64,000 bases of DNA from Centroscyllium fabricii (lineage: Eukaryota), in contig JBNRSN020000019.1 of assembly GCA_051313645.2 (NCBI GenBank), positions 80,662,001-80,726,000 of the forward strand, read 5' to 3'. This document shows, piece after piece, positions 35,825 to 48,203 of the stretch. Each line of letters starts with the position of its first letter. Position 1 is the first letter of the stretch. The notes beneath the pieces were generated by a model, which ran no database searches, was not told the origin of the DNA, and saw only the letters and a program-made list of their open reading frames with translations. A program made the position numbers and the translations under genes.

Positions 35825-38242
35825 TATAAGCCTAATCGACCCAATCTCTCCTCATATGTCATTCCTGCCATCCCAGGTATCAGTCTGGTGAATCTTTGCT
35901 ACTCACTCTCCATGGCAAGAACATCCTTCCTCAGATATGGTGATCAAAACTGCACACAATACTCAAGGTGTGGTCTCACCAGGACATCCTTGCTCCTGTA
36001 CTCGAATCCTCTCGCTATGAAGGCCAACATACCATTTGCCTTCTTAACCGCCTGCTGCACCTGCATGCTTACCTTCAGCGACTGGTGCACAAGGACACCC
36101 AGGTCTCATTGCACTTCCCCTTTTCCCAATCTATTGCCGTTCAGATAATAATCTGTCTTCCTGCTTTTGCCACCGAAGTGGATAACCTCACATTTATCCA
36201 CATTATACTGCATTTGCCATGCATCTGCCCAATCGCCCAACCTGTCCAAATCACACTGGAGTTTCTCGGCATCCTCCTCACAGCACACATGCCCACCCAG
36301 CTTTGTGTCGTCTGCAAACTTGGAGGTATTACATCTAGTTCCCTCATCTAGATCATTAATATATATTGTGAATAGCTGGGGTCCTAGCACCGATCCCTGC
36401 GGTACCCCACTAGTCACTGCCTGCCACTCGGAAAAAGACTCGTTTATTCCAACTCTTTGCTTTCTGTCTGCCAGCCAGTTCTCTATCCAAGTCACTACCT
36501 TGCCCCCAATCCCATGTGCTTTAACTTTACATGCTAATCTTTTATGCGGGACCTTATCGAAAGCCTTCTGAAAGTCCAAATACATTACATCCACTGGTTC
36601 TCCCTTATCTATTCTACCAGTTACATCCTCAAAGAATTCCAGTAGGTTAGGCAAACATGATTTACCTTTTGTAAATCCATGTTGACTTTGTCCGATCCTG
36701 TCACTGTTTTCCAAGTGCTCTGCTATTACATCTTTTATAATGGACTCTAGCATTTTCCCTGCTACCAATGTCTATAATTCCCCATTTTCTCTCTACCACC
36801 CTTTTTAAATAGTGGGGTTACATTAGCTATCCTCCAATCCATGGGAACTGTTCCAGAGTCTATAGAATTTTGGAAGATGACCAGCAATGCATCTACTATT
36901 TCTAGGGCCACTTCCTTAAGTACCCTCGGATGTAGATTATCAGGCCCTGGGGATTTCGGCCTTCAATCCCGTCAATGTCCCTAACACCATTTCCCTACAA
37001 ATACTGATTTCATTCATTTCCTCCCTCTCACTAGACCATATGTTCCCCGACATCTCTGGGAGGTTATTTGCATCCTCCTTTGTGAAGACAAAACCAAAGT
37101 ATTTATTTAATTGGTTTGCCATTTCCTTGTTCCCCATTATAATTTCCCATGATTCTGACTGCACGGGACCTACGCTTGACTTCACCAATCTTTTTCTATT
37201 CACATATTTATAGAAGCTTTTACAGTCAGTTTTTATGTTCCCTGCAAGTTTACTCTCATAATATACTTTCCCCCTCTTAATTAATCCTTTTTGTCCTCCT
37301 TTGCTGAATCCTAAACTGCTCCCAATCCTCGGGTTTGCTGCTTTTTCTGGCCAAATTATATGTCGTCTCCTTGGAACTTATGCTATCCCTAATTTCCCTT
37401 GTTAGCCACGGTTGAGTCACCTTTTTCGCTTTATTTTTATGCCAACAGGGATGAACAAATTCTGTAGTTCATCCATGCGATCTTTAAATGTTTGCCATTG
37501 CCTATCCACCGTGAACCCTTTCAGTAATGTTCCCCAATCCATCCTAGCCAACTCATGCCTCGTACCATCATAGTTTCCTTTATTTAAATTCAGGACCCTA
37601 GTCTCTGAGTCAACTACTTCACTCTCCATTTTAATGAAGAATGTTATCATATTATGATCGCTCCTCCCCAAGGAACCTCACACAACAAGATTGCTAATTA
37701 ATCCTTTCTCATTGCATAATATCCAGTCTAAGATGGCCTGATCTCGAGTTGGTTCCCCATCCCGTATACACTCTAGGAATTCCTCCGCCACAGTATTGTT
37801 ACTGATTTGGTTAGCCCAATCTATATGTAGATTAAAGTCACCCATGATAACTGCTGTGCCCTTATTGCACGCTTCTCTAATTTCCCTTTTAATGCCATCC
37901 CCAACCTCAGCATTATTGTTTGGGCATCTGTATACAACTCCCACTAACATTTTCTGCCCCTTGGTATTTCTCAGCTCTGCCCATACAGATTCCACATCAT
38001 CAGAGCTAATATCCTTCCTTACTATTGTGTTAATCTCTTCTTTAGCCAGCAATGCTACCCCACCTCCTTTTCCTTTTTTCCTGTCCTTCCTGAATATTGA
38101 ATACCCCTGGATGTTGAATTCCCAGTCTTGGTCACCCTGGAGCCATATCTCCATAATCCCAATTATATCATATCCGTTTACATCTATTTGCCCAGTTAAT
38201 TCATCCACCTTATTACGAATGCTCCTCGCATTAAGACACAAA

Positions 38243-39084
38243 GGGCTGGATTTTCATTCAAGATTCGGGTAGGAGGCGGGACTACAACTTTCGGAGTCGG
38301 AGTCCCGTCTCCATCGGGATGTGGCCAATCCACGCGATTTCAACTTGATTGACCTTGTTGAGCCAGCCCAGCGGGCTCAGCAGGCCAATTAAGGGCCACC
38401 TGGCAACAGGTGATGTCACAGACTGAAATTTCATCTGTCAAGAGGTTTTGACAGATGAAATATCAGTGTTTTGCAGCTGTTTGAAGCTGTCAAACACTGA
38501 CAGTCTTACTTTTAACATGAGTCCTTCTCCACAGACGCAGTTAGAAATCTCTCCTGCATAGAAAGCTGAAGGCTATCACTTTTGACAGTTCGCAGCCATT
38601 TTGCTTTCTGTGCTGGTGAGATGAGGGACTCCCGAGACCTAAAGGAAGGAAGGCTGAAAAGGTAATTACATGTAAGTAAAAGTTCTTTAAACACTTTACA
38701 CACACCAAACACACTTACCTTTGCACTCATGCACAGATCACTCACCTGAAAATCGACATCTCGACCCCTCCAAGTCCTTCAACCTGACGGCACACCTCAC
38801 AAACTTGGCGTGGTTTGGAGCCGTTGGGAATTCCACACTTCAGCATTAAAAATAGGGATTAGTCTAAAAACTGACTGTTAACTACCTGTTAACAGGCTGT
38901 TCATTGGCACTAATCCCTTCCCGCCTTGGGTAGGCGGGTCCCAGTGTGGGGCAGGTACCCGCCTCCTTTGAAACTGGCATGGACGCGGGTTGAGGGTAGG
39001 ATGGTGTCGGGACTGCTGAATTCGGGATTTTAAACCCCCGCACGCCTCCAATTCCGCCTCCACGGCCCAATGAAAATCCTGCCC
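38243..39084. mobile_element. Non-autonomous TIR element (gggctggatttt family) inserted in the CR1
   Basis: gggctggattttca / tgaaaatcctgccc; CR1 sequence resumes on both sides. Confidence 0.75.
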
Positions 39085-39654
39085 AAGCCGTCAGGCTTGA
39101 TTTTTTAACACTCTTAGTCATTTTAGAATTCTTATTTACTGTGGCCCTGTTTGATTTACACCCTTGATTTCTCTGCCTTCCACTTTTGCTTTTCTCCTTC
39201 CTGTCTTTTATTTCTATCCTTGCTTCCCTTTCCTCTGTCTCCTTGCACAGGTTCCCAACCCCTGCCATTTTTGTTTAAACCCTCCCCAACAGCACTAGCA
39301 AACACCGCCCCCCCCCCCCCAGGACATTGGTTCCAGTCCCGCCCAGGTGCAAACCATACAGTTTGTACTGGTCCCACATCCCCCAGCACCGGTTCCAACG
39401 TCCCAGGAATTTGAATCCCTCCCCCTTGCACCATTCCTCTAGCCACATATTCATCTGAAATATCCTACTATTTCTACTCTGACTAGCACATGTAGGCTCT
39501 TATATACCTGAGAAATCTACAAAGTGCTGACGGTCATTGGGAGGAAGTCAATGAATACAGGGGAGAAAGCACTGGAGTGGAAGCCAGGCCACACATGGAA
39601 ACAGGACAAATTCAATTCAGTTCAAATCAGTACAGATAAATGCAGACCATACTA

Positions 39655-40001
39655 CAGGTGATTATTCCTTTATCCGAAATTCCGGAATCCGAAAAGCTCC
39701 GACAACCGAAGGTTTTTTCGGAGCATCACATGACCCGAGTTGCGCCTACACCAGGTGTTTATGAAGCTTCCCAGCCCACCCGCGGGTCCAATTCCTCCCC
39801 CAGCCCACAATCTCCTATCGCCTCCCGGGAGCGTCTCTTACATTTCAGACCACCGCCAACACGGCAATGCGCATGCTCAGAGCGCCGTTCCGCACCTGTG
39901 CACTGGGCACCGTTCCAAAATCCGAAAAATCCCAAAATCCGAAACCCATCTGGCCCCAAGGGTTTTGGATAAAGGATTGTGGACCTGGGATTGTGGACCT
40001 G
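39655..40001. mobile_element. Tigger-like MITE
   Basis: TA-caggt...cctttatcc / ggataaagg...acctg-TA. Confidence 0.7.
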
Positions 40002-40258
40002 TACCTCAATGAATGCTGCTGAACTGACTTGGGGAGAAGATGAAAGCCATCTGGGAGTGATAATAAATTCAACACTTACTATAGCCAGTCATTGCAGACA
40101 AACAAACAATCACGAAATCAAACAGAACATTGAACAATTAGCTTCAGTTTTGGGAAAGTGGCAGAAATGGGCTTGTGGTGTCACAGGCTCTGGACCTACA
40201 GATACATGGTTGAATTACCCCTGTACTTGTAAGACATTCCAAACAAGAGGCAACTTAC

Positions 40259-40385
40259 AGTGGCTAACTTCTGAACATCTTCATCTGACGCAGCAAGAGA
40301 AACAAGACCTAGTTCTTGTGAAAACTGTGCAAAACTTGGATCTGCCAGAAGAGGTACATGTCCCAGCAGCTCATGGCATGTATCT
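40259..40385 (-). CDS. TPH2: TPH exon (equivalent to exon 8), 127 bp, with the iron-binding HxxxxH motif
   Basis: [42 protein letters not shown]. Acceptor tttttcag, donor gtaagt. Confidence 0.95.
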
Positions 40386-40419
40386 CTGAAAAATACACAT
40401 TGAAAAGAGAGTTATATTT

Positions 40420-41348
40420 TCCAAGTTTGCAGATGACACAAAACTGGGTGGGCATGTGTGCTGTGAGGAGGATGCCCAGAAACTCCAGTATGATTTGGAC
40501 AGGTTGGGTGATTGGGCAGATGCATGACAAATGCAGTATAATGTGAATAAATGTGAGGTTATCCACTTTGATGGCAAAAACAGGAAGGCAGATTATTATC
40601 TGAATAGCAATAGATTGGGAGAAGGGGAAGTGCTACGAGACCTGGGTGTCCTTGTCCACCAGTGGCTGAAGGTAAGCAAGCAGGTGCAGCAGGTGGTTAA
40701 GAAGGCAAATGGGATGTTGGCCTTCGTAGCAAGAGGATTCGAGTACAGGAACAAGGATGTCTTGCTGCAGTTGTACAGGGCCTTGGTGAGACCACACCTT
40801 GAGTATTGTGTGCAGTTTTGGCCACCATATCTGAGGAAGGATATTCTTGCCATGGAAGGAGTCCAGCGAAGATTCACCAGACTGATACCTGGGATGGCAG
40901 GAATGACGTATGAGGAGAGATTAGGTCGATTGGGCTTATATTCGCTGAAGTTTAGAAGAATGAGAGGGGATCTCATTGAAACATAAAATTCTAACAGGAC
41001 TAGACAGACTAGATGCAGGAAGGATGTTCCCGATGTGAGGGGTCCAGAACCAGGGGTCACAGTCTAAGGATAAGGGGTAGGCCATTTAGGACAGAGATGA
41101 GGAGGAATTTCTTCAACCAGAGAGTGGTGAACCTGTGGAATTCTCTACCACAGAAGGCCGCAGAGGCCAATTCATTAAATATATTCAAGAAGGAGTTAGA
41201 TATATTTCTTAAGACTAAAGGGATCAAGGGATAGGAAGAGAAGGCAGAGACAGGGTACTGAATTTGGATGATCAGCCATGATCGCATTGAAGAGCGGAGC
41301 AGGCTTGAGGGGCCGAATGGCCTGCTCCTATCTTCTGTGTTTCTATGT
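40420..41348 (+). mobile_element. CR1 3' fragment starting ~35 bp from the exon 8 acceptor
   Basis: KFADDTK...LVRPHLEYCVQFW and 3' UTR. Confidence 0.92.
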
Positions 41349-41589
41349 TTACACATACATAGCAATGTATAATAGTTAAACTAACTTGTACATAGGCATC
41401 ACCAGGTACAAATAGACATGCACACACATATACACTGTATATTGAGAGACATATTCAGGAAATTATGAAACAGAGTGCTCAATTACAGCTTCATAAATGT
41501 ATACGGTTAATTTGTGTGGATTTTGTTGCTTACACACTGCTTTTTTAATGGAGAGGACTAAAGGTCACAGGACATGAGGCCAGAAATAT

Positions 41590-41856
41590 AAGACAGTCAC
41601 GAAGAAATCCAATAGGGAATTCAGAAGAAACTTCTTTACCCAAAAGGTGGTTAGAATGTGGAAGTCAAGGAGTAGTTGAGGCGAATAGCATCGATGTATT
41701 TAAGGGGAAGCTAGATAAATACATGAGGAAGAAAGGACTAGAAGGTTATGCTGATGGGGTGAGATGAAGAGGGGTGGGCGGAGGCTCGTGCGGAGCATAA
41801 ACAGAATGGAGCAGTTGGGCCGAATGGCCTGTTTCTGTGCTGTATATTCTATGTAA
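41590..41856 (+). mobile_element. Older CR1-type 3' end
   Basis: agaagaaacttctttaccca...ggccgaatggcctgtttctgtgctg; inverted relative split across ~19340-19445 and ~20137-20475. Confidence 0.7.
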
Positions 41857-42306
41857 TTTACTAACAAGCCACAATAAAAATGACTGTTAAAATCAGTTGT
41901 CCCATCAGTGCCCAAGGGAGTAAAGAAGTTTGTCATTTACATTAGTGAGTCAGTGTTCAGTGGTACAGCAGTAAAACCATATCGCATTCCGAGAGCCTTA
42001 GAATCACCTTTTTGTACAGAGACCTGTCCCAGCGGGCTGCAGTGCGCCAGGATTTCTGGGGCACCCCCGAGTGATCGGAGCTGGGATTTTATATACTGCA
42101 GGTGCAGCACCATCACAGCTATGTTAATGGAGCAGGACGAGACATCGCTGGCTGGGCGCCTCAGTTGAGGGATTCCCAATGAAACATGGCACTGTGACCT
42201 GCCTCTGGACTCCCTCCAACTGCAAGGCATGCAGGATCCTGGGGCAGGCCATAGGCAGGCAGATAGATGCCTATATTTATTTTCTCCACCACCACCCCAA
42301 GAAATA

Positions 42307-42764
42307 ATGTGGAGGTGCCGGTGTTGGACTGGGGTGGACAAATGCAAGAAGTCACACAACACCAGATTATAGTCCAACGGTTTTATTTTAAATCACAAGC
42401 TTTCGGAGCGTCTGCCCCTTCGTCAGGTGAAAGAGAGTCTGACTTAAAGAACGCACATGTGTGATGAAGAGAGAAATCTGATATCTCCCACATCTCACCT
42501 CCGTAGAGCTAGACACACAAAGGCTTATTAACATATTTTAATAACTTAACACTTAAAATATGTTAATAAGCCTTTGTGCGTCTAGCTCTACGGAGGTGAG
42601 ATGTGGGAGATATCAGATTTCTCTCTTCATCACACATGTGCGTTCTTTAAGTCAGACTCTCTTTCACCTGACGAAGGGGCAGAAGCTCCGAAAGCTTGTG
42701 ATTTAAAATAAAACCATTGGACTATAATCTGGTGTTGTGTGACTTCTTGCATTTGTCCACCCCA
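42307..42764. mobile_element. Penelope-derived palindromic insertion (~210-bp arms, ~12-nt loop)
   Basis: Same terminal sequence as the 26026 element; direct repeat ccaccccaagaaata at 42292-42306 and 42757-42771. Confidence 0.85.
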
Positions 42765-43543
42765 AGAAATATTCAGGTAATCGTGGATTTCTGATCTTCA
42801 GCAGCAGCCAGAAGCCCCTGCTCTCGGAGGCCTGGCTTGCAGCTGTAGGCACTGCGCTTAAATCTCCTCCTGCCAGCACCCTGCCCTGCCAGGCTGCTCC
42901 TGGGCCTGAACAATGCTGGGGCAGCGAAGACCCAAGAAAATCCATGCTTCTTGCATTTTCAGATGGCAAAGTAACAATGGGGGGAATGGCTATTAGGAGA
43001 CCAAGGCTAACCTCTACATCCATGGCTGCTGACCCCACTGAGAAACCCCTTCAATAGCAGAGCAGGGCCGTGGGCTGAAAGCCCAAGCACCTGTCTGCTT
43101 TTCCAGATCCACCACCTCTAGCTGTAAGAAACGTGTGCTGTACAGCTCTGGCACACTGAAAGAGTGTGGGCCAAAGTTGTGCACGATGCTTGAAATAGTA
43201 TCTCCCTCAGGAAGCATGCCAGCGATCTCTCAAGATGCACTCCCTGTGAGTGTTGCTCACCACTGGGAGCGCTAGATTGCAGACTCACCCCTATCAACTA
43301 TTTCAAAGACAATTTTCATTATTGGATTGAGTGCTACACAGATCTTGTTGCTGCTGCAATCGGGACCGTCTATGAATCTCAGGCTCAGAAGGCAAGTTAT
43401 TCCACCTGTGCTCTGGTGAAAAGGCACCCAATGAGAGCTTGTTGCCGAGGAGTAAGGGAGGAAATATATCAGCTTATCACTCCAGCTCACTCTTGCAGAT
43501 CTCCCAGAGGCAACTTGGAGAATGGCATCTGTAGAAACAGATC

Positions 43544-44491
43544 TTCTTCTTAGGCAGTCCCTCGGAACCGAGGATGACTTGCTTCCACACTAAAAATGAG
43601 TTCTCAGGTGACTGATGAGTCCAATGCGGGACCAACAGTCTCTGTCACAGGTGGGGAAGACGATGGTTGAAGGGGCGGGTGGGCGGGGTGCTTGGGTTGA
43701 CGTGCGCTCCTTCCACTGTTTGTGCTTGGCTTCCGCTTGCTCCCGGCGAAGCGACTCGAGGTGTTCGGCACCTTCCTGGATGCTTCTCCCTCACTTTGTG
43801 CAGTCTTGGGCCAGGGAATTCCAGGTGTTGGTGGGGATGTTGCACTTTTTCAAGGAGGCTTTGAGGGTGTCCTTGAAGCGTTTCCTCTGCCCACCTGGGG
43901 CTCTCTTGCCGTGTCGGAGCTCCGAGTAGAGCGCTTGTTTTGGGAGTCTCGTATCGGACATGCGGACGATGTGGCCCGTCCATCAGAGCTGATCGAGCAT
44001 GGTCAAAGCTTCGATGCTGGGGATGTTGGCCAGAGCGAGAACGCTGATGTTGGTGCGCCTATCCTGCCAATGGATTTGCAGGATCTTACGGAGGCAGCGT
44101 TAGTGGTACCTCTCCAGTGCTTTGAGGTGCCTGCTGTACATGGTCCATTTCTCTGAAGCATACAGCAGGGCGGGTATTACTACTGCTCTGTAGACCATGC
44201 CGGGTTTGAGGTCCTGTTCTTCAAACACTCTCTTCCTCAGGCGACCGAAGGCTGCACTGACACACTGAAGGAGGTGCTGGACTTCGTCATTGACATCTGC
44301 CCTTGTTGACAGTAGGCTGCCAAGGTACGGAAAGTGGTCCACGTTGTCCAAGGCATTGTCATGGATTTTGATAATCGGGGGCAGTACTGTGTGGCGGGGG
44401 CAGGTTGGTAGAGGACCTTTGTCTTACGGATGTTTAGTGTAAGGCCCATGCTCTCGTATGCTTCGGTGAAGGTGTTGATGATGGTTTGGAG
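43544..44491 (-). mobile_element. RTE-clade LINE 3' fragment
   Basis: FPYLGS, YRAVVIPALLY and ALERYH peptides; (aag)n tail. Confidence 0.85.
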
Positions 44492-45131
44492 AGGTACAGA
44501 TACGAACTGCTGCAATGAGGATCGCACTCGCCTGCGCACAACGGGGTGCGCAGTAAACTGCCGGGTTTTTTTCAGAGTTTTTCATCGAGGTAAGTAGTGA
44601 AGATTCTACACTTGAAAATACCAGACGTAAGCACCCGTTTTTAGCAGGTAAGTCATTATTTTATAGATTTTAAGTATTGTTCTTACAGGTTTTTAATTTT
44701 TTTAATCTTTAAAGACAGGTAAGTATTCTTTTAGGTCTGTTAAAGACTGTAAAAAAATGTCTAAATTTTTATTTTTTCTTTAAAATAGGTCATTTATGTT
44801 AGTTGGAGTACTGTTAAAAAATGTGGTGTTTTTTTAATTTTATTTTTGAGTTTAGATGTGTTTTGGAAGATCTCTCTTTTCAAAGGTTACACAGATTTCT
44901 CCATGTAAGTTTTGAATGGAGGATTGCTTCCATTGATTGGCTCCCTGCCGATCTCGTGGTCTCGTGCGAGATTTCGAATTAATTACGCCCTTCAGTTGCA
45001 CCAGCAGCTCGCACAGAGCTTTCACAAGCTGTACAACTCAGGAGTTCACAGTGCAAAATTTCAAAACGGCAAAAGTGCTGGGTAAGTGCAAATAGGAGCC
45101 CCACACATGCACGAAGGCTCATTTCTGGCCC
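44492..45131. mobile_element. Partial TIR element ending tttctggccc
   Basis: Same terminus as the Harbinger-like family; AT-rich interior with many GGTAAGT motifs. Confidence 0.5.
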
Positions 45132-45139
45132 AATAATAA

Positions 45140-46205
45140 TAACAACAGAAAATGCTGGAAAACTTCAGCAGTTCAGGCAACATCCGTGAAGAGAGAAATA
45201 GGAGTCAATGTTTCGGGTCGGGACCCTTTAACGAGAGTCTCGATAAAGGGTCCCGACCCGAAACATTGGGCCAGAATTTCAGGTTTGCCGGTTGGTGGGG
45301 TACTAGGACCATGGGGATCCCTAATGAACCGCACCAACATCGCACTTTTTTTACTCCCAGCATTTTGGCTCGGCTCCGCCCCCTTCCTGCGCAACGTGGC
45401 AGTCCAGCCACGCTAGGAGCGCAGTGTATGCCCCGCCCACAGATCCCCAATTTAAATTTAAAAACGCCCACAGATCCCCAATTTAAATAAAAAACGCCCA
45501 CAGATCCCGAGTCGGACCTTTGAGAGAGCAGGGACGTGAGGCGCTGCACTCACAGACTCGGCAGTGAGCAGCGCGGCCAGACCAGCTTTTGACCGAAGGT
45601 AAGTCAGCGATTTTTTCTCTTAGTTTTTTAACTTCACTAAATTAGTTAAAAATTTCAGAGCTCTAAATTTAAAAATTAGCGATTTGGAATAGGTATAGCA
45701 ATTCAAAATCGGATTTGTAATTTTTTTTAAAAACTTTAACATCCAAATTTAATGATACTGATCTGGCCACATTACTCCACAAAACTGTTAAAACTTAAAA
45801 TTAAAGGTCAAAAAATGACTTACCTTGTTTAAAAACGCATTTTACTCCATCACGCACGAGTTACAACTGGTTTTCTCCCGTGCAGCTTGTGGGCCCATTG
45901 CCCACAGAATCACTGACCAAAAATCACCCTTTTGGAGCCCAAATTCTGGGTGCAACTCACTCCTGCGTTTGATGCTGAGGGCCCTTCTCCCTCAGCATCG
46001 GAAATCTCGGATCCGTGGGCATCTCCCGTGCGTTCATCGCACGGGGCATTTTGGACCCGTTCGTGCGTGGGCATCTGGTTTGAGGCACCCGAAATTCTGG
46101 CCCATTTACTCCTATTTCTCTCTTCACGGATGTTGCCCTGGCCTGCTGAGTTTTTCCAACATTTTCTGTTATTATTTTGGATTTCCAGCATCTGCAGTAT
46201 TTTGT
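45140..46205. mobile_element. Short Penelope-derived palindrome interrupted by a Harbinger-like element (45268-46103, TSD ATT)
   Basis: Arms acagaaaatgctggaaa...tttcgggtcgggacccttt and its reverse complement; insert gggccagaattt...aaattctggccc. Confidence 0.75.
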
Positions 46206-46499
46206 TATCCTCTGTATTCCATGATGGCAGTGTAATAAGTAGCAGAATCTGTTCAGCCAACAGGAACCTGAAAAGCACTACTGACATCTAAAAAAAAAGC
46301 TTCTTCAGCATAAGTGCATTAACGACAGGAATCGCCTCAGGATGGTAGATAGCAACTAAAAGTTAAAGTTTTGCTCTAGAGACAAACGTGGTTGTAAACC
46401 TCCACCTGCCGGAGGTTCCATTAAATTACAGTCAGATTATTTGATACTGAATAGTTGTAATATTGATTATGATTAAAAGCACAACAACAATATTAAGAG

Positions 46500-46635
46500 A
46501 AAAAGAAAATACCGCAGATGCTGGAAATTTGAAATAAAAACAGAAAATGCTGGAGACACTCAGCAGGTCAGGCGGCATCTGTGGAGAGAGAAACAGCGTT
46601 AACGTTTCAGGTCGATGACCTTTCGTCAGAACTGG
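46500..46635 (-). mobile_element. Short Penelope-derived repeat with a minimal hammerhead motif
   Basis: Minus strand reads gttCTGACGAaaggtc-atc-gacctGAAAcgttaac. Confidence 0.65.
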
Positions 46636-46831
46636 ATCAAAACTTCTTCAAGGTGGGCATTCCTGGAAGAGAGGTGGCAGTGAATTAAACACTATTACAA
46701 AAAGAAAAGGCTATTATTCAATAGAAAATCTTGGAAAAGCATTAATTCATTTGATAGTTATTAGCTAAATCTCAAAACGGTTTCAGAATGACTTGGTACA
46801 CGGAAGCAAAGTCTGGTAAACAGAAACTTAC

Positions 46832-46967
46832 GGTTCTGGGGTGTAAAAGGGATCCGAGCTGTGACGCACATACTGAGTGCAATGGAAAACTCGAAAAGCT
46901 AATCCAGCTAAAAAGTCTCTTGGAGACAAATATCCAGCCACTGGTCGGACTACAAAGCCTGATCGTT
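46832..46967 (-). CDS. TPH2: TPH exon (equivalent to exon 7), 136 bp
   Basis: Manual translation: [46 protein letters not shown]. Acceptor tttcag, donor gtaagt; phases match both neighbouring exons. Confidence 0.95.
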
Positions 46968-47062
46968 CTGAAACAGGGAGGAAACGCATTTCTACTTAAA
47001 TTCAATCCACACATTAAGGAGGAAAAAAATGCATATTAGTGGACAATGAATATGGCGGGGGG

Positions 47063-47794
47063 GGGGAAATTGGGTGGCTTGCGCCAGCCATTAGCACCCT
47101 AAGAGGGCTGCTAATGGGGCACAAGGCACCTAGCGCCTGGGCTGGCACCTCCCGTTATGTTCAGCGGGGCGCTGGCAGCAGCGGCAGCTGGTAGCGCCCC
47201 GTGTCGCTGCGCTGCCAGCAATGACGTCATCGCCATGCGCAGCGCCTCGCTCGCACCCTGGCCGCAAACATCAGTCGCGTCCCCTGACGTAGCGCCGGAT
47301 GCTGTCACCGACAGGGTCAGGGGGACGCAGATGCAGCCGGGGCAGCGCTATTTAAAGAGGGGGTGCTGGGCGGCCATTTTATTTTGCTGGCCGCCTGCCA
47401 GTACCTGCCCCCTCTGCCGTCCCCGGTTTCCCCGATGCCCCCCGCGGAGTGCTGGCTGTGCTCCGTGAGCCCGGCACTTCCCTCCTTCGGCGGCACTCCG
47501 ACCCCCGGCGGTCCAGCAGGGCTCTGGGCCGCGCCACGCTAGGCCACTCCCCTTTAAGAAGGGGAGGAAGGCCTGCAGTAGCGCGGTGCGGCGTGCTTCA
47601 GAGCGTGTCGCAGCGACCCACAGCAGCCAAAATTGAATTGTTGCGCCCAAGGAACGAGGTGGGGTGCTTGCAGTAGCGCCCCACCTCCTACTTGGGGCGC
47701 TAAAACCCAATTTCAGGCAGAACGGCGCTAACTTTTTCGGGGCGCTAAAAGTAGCGCCTCGCCAAGGTGAGCGCCCCTAACCCAACTTTTCCCC
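47063..47794. mobile_element. GC-rich non-autonomous TIR element filling most of TPH intron 6
   Basis: ggggaaattggg / cccaacttttcccc termini; many internal gcgcc inverted motifs. Confidence 0.6.
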
Positions 47795-47808
47795 ATAGTC
47801 CCAAATAC

Positions 47809-48005
47809 CTTTCAAAAATACAGACACATCTTCCAGCTGTGGGATATTATCCTCTCTGTAGCCGCAGTGCTTTGTTAGAAGAGGGAAATTCTTCAGGTAC
47901 TCCAGGCATGCATGAGTTGGGTAAAGTTTTGTCAGCTCTCTGAACACCGTCCCCCAGGTCTTAATTTCTTCTTCTGTGTAGTCAACTCTAGGAATAGGCT
48001 GGCCA
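47809..48005 (-). CDS. TPH2: Tryptophan hydroxylase exon (equivalent to TPH2 exon 6), 197 bp
   Basis: Reads [65 protein letters not shown]. Acceptor ctctag, donor AAG|gtattt. GQPIPRV and NFPLLTK are TPH2-type. Confidence 0.95.
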
Positions 48006-48203
48006 CTAGAGGGCAGCAAAAGGACATGTTATTGAACAATGTGACGTTAATTCGTGGAACTACACAATTTCCATCTTCCGTTTATTGAGAATAGTGTGTG
48101 GCTCTCTACAGATAACTGATTGTTTAATGTTTGTGTCATTACCCACATCTTACCCATCAGCTGGCGATTATAAAGACGATACACACACTGGAAATCTTTG
48201 AAA

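Larger units (their letters stand above)
34569..39492 (-). mobile_element. Long decayed CR1 LINE (ORF1 remnant, EN, RT, 3' UTR), interrupted by two DNA elements
   Basis: CLNARSIRNK (38241), GDFN, SDHN, GVPQGSVLGP and KFADDTK pieces in broken frames. Confidence 0.92.
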
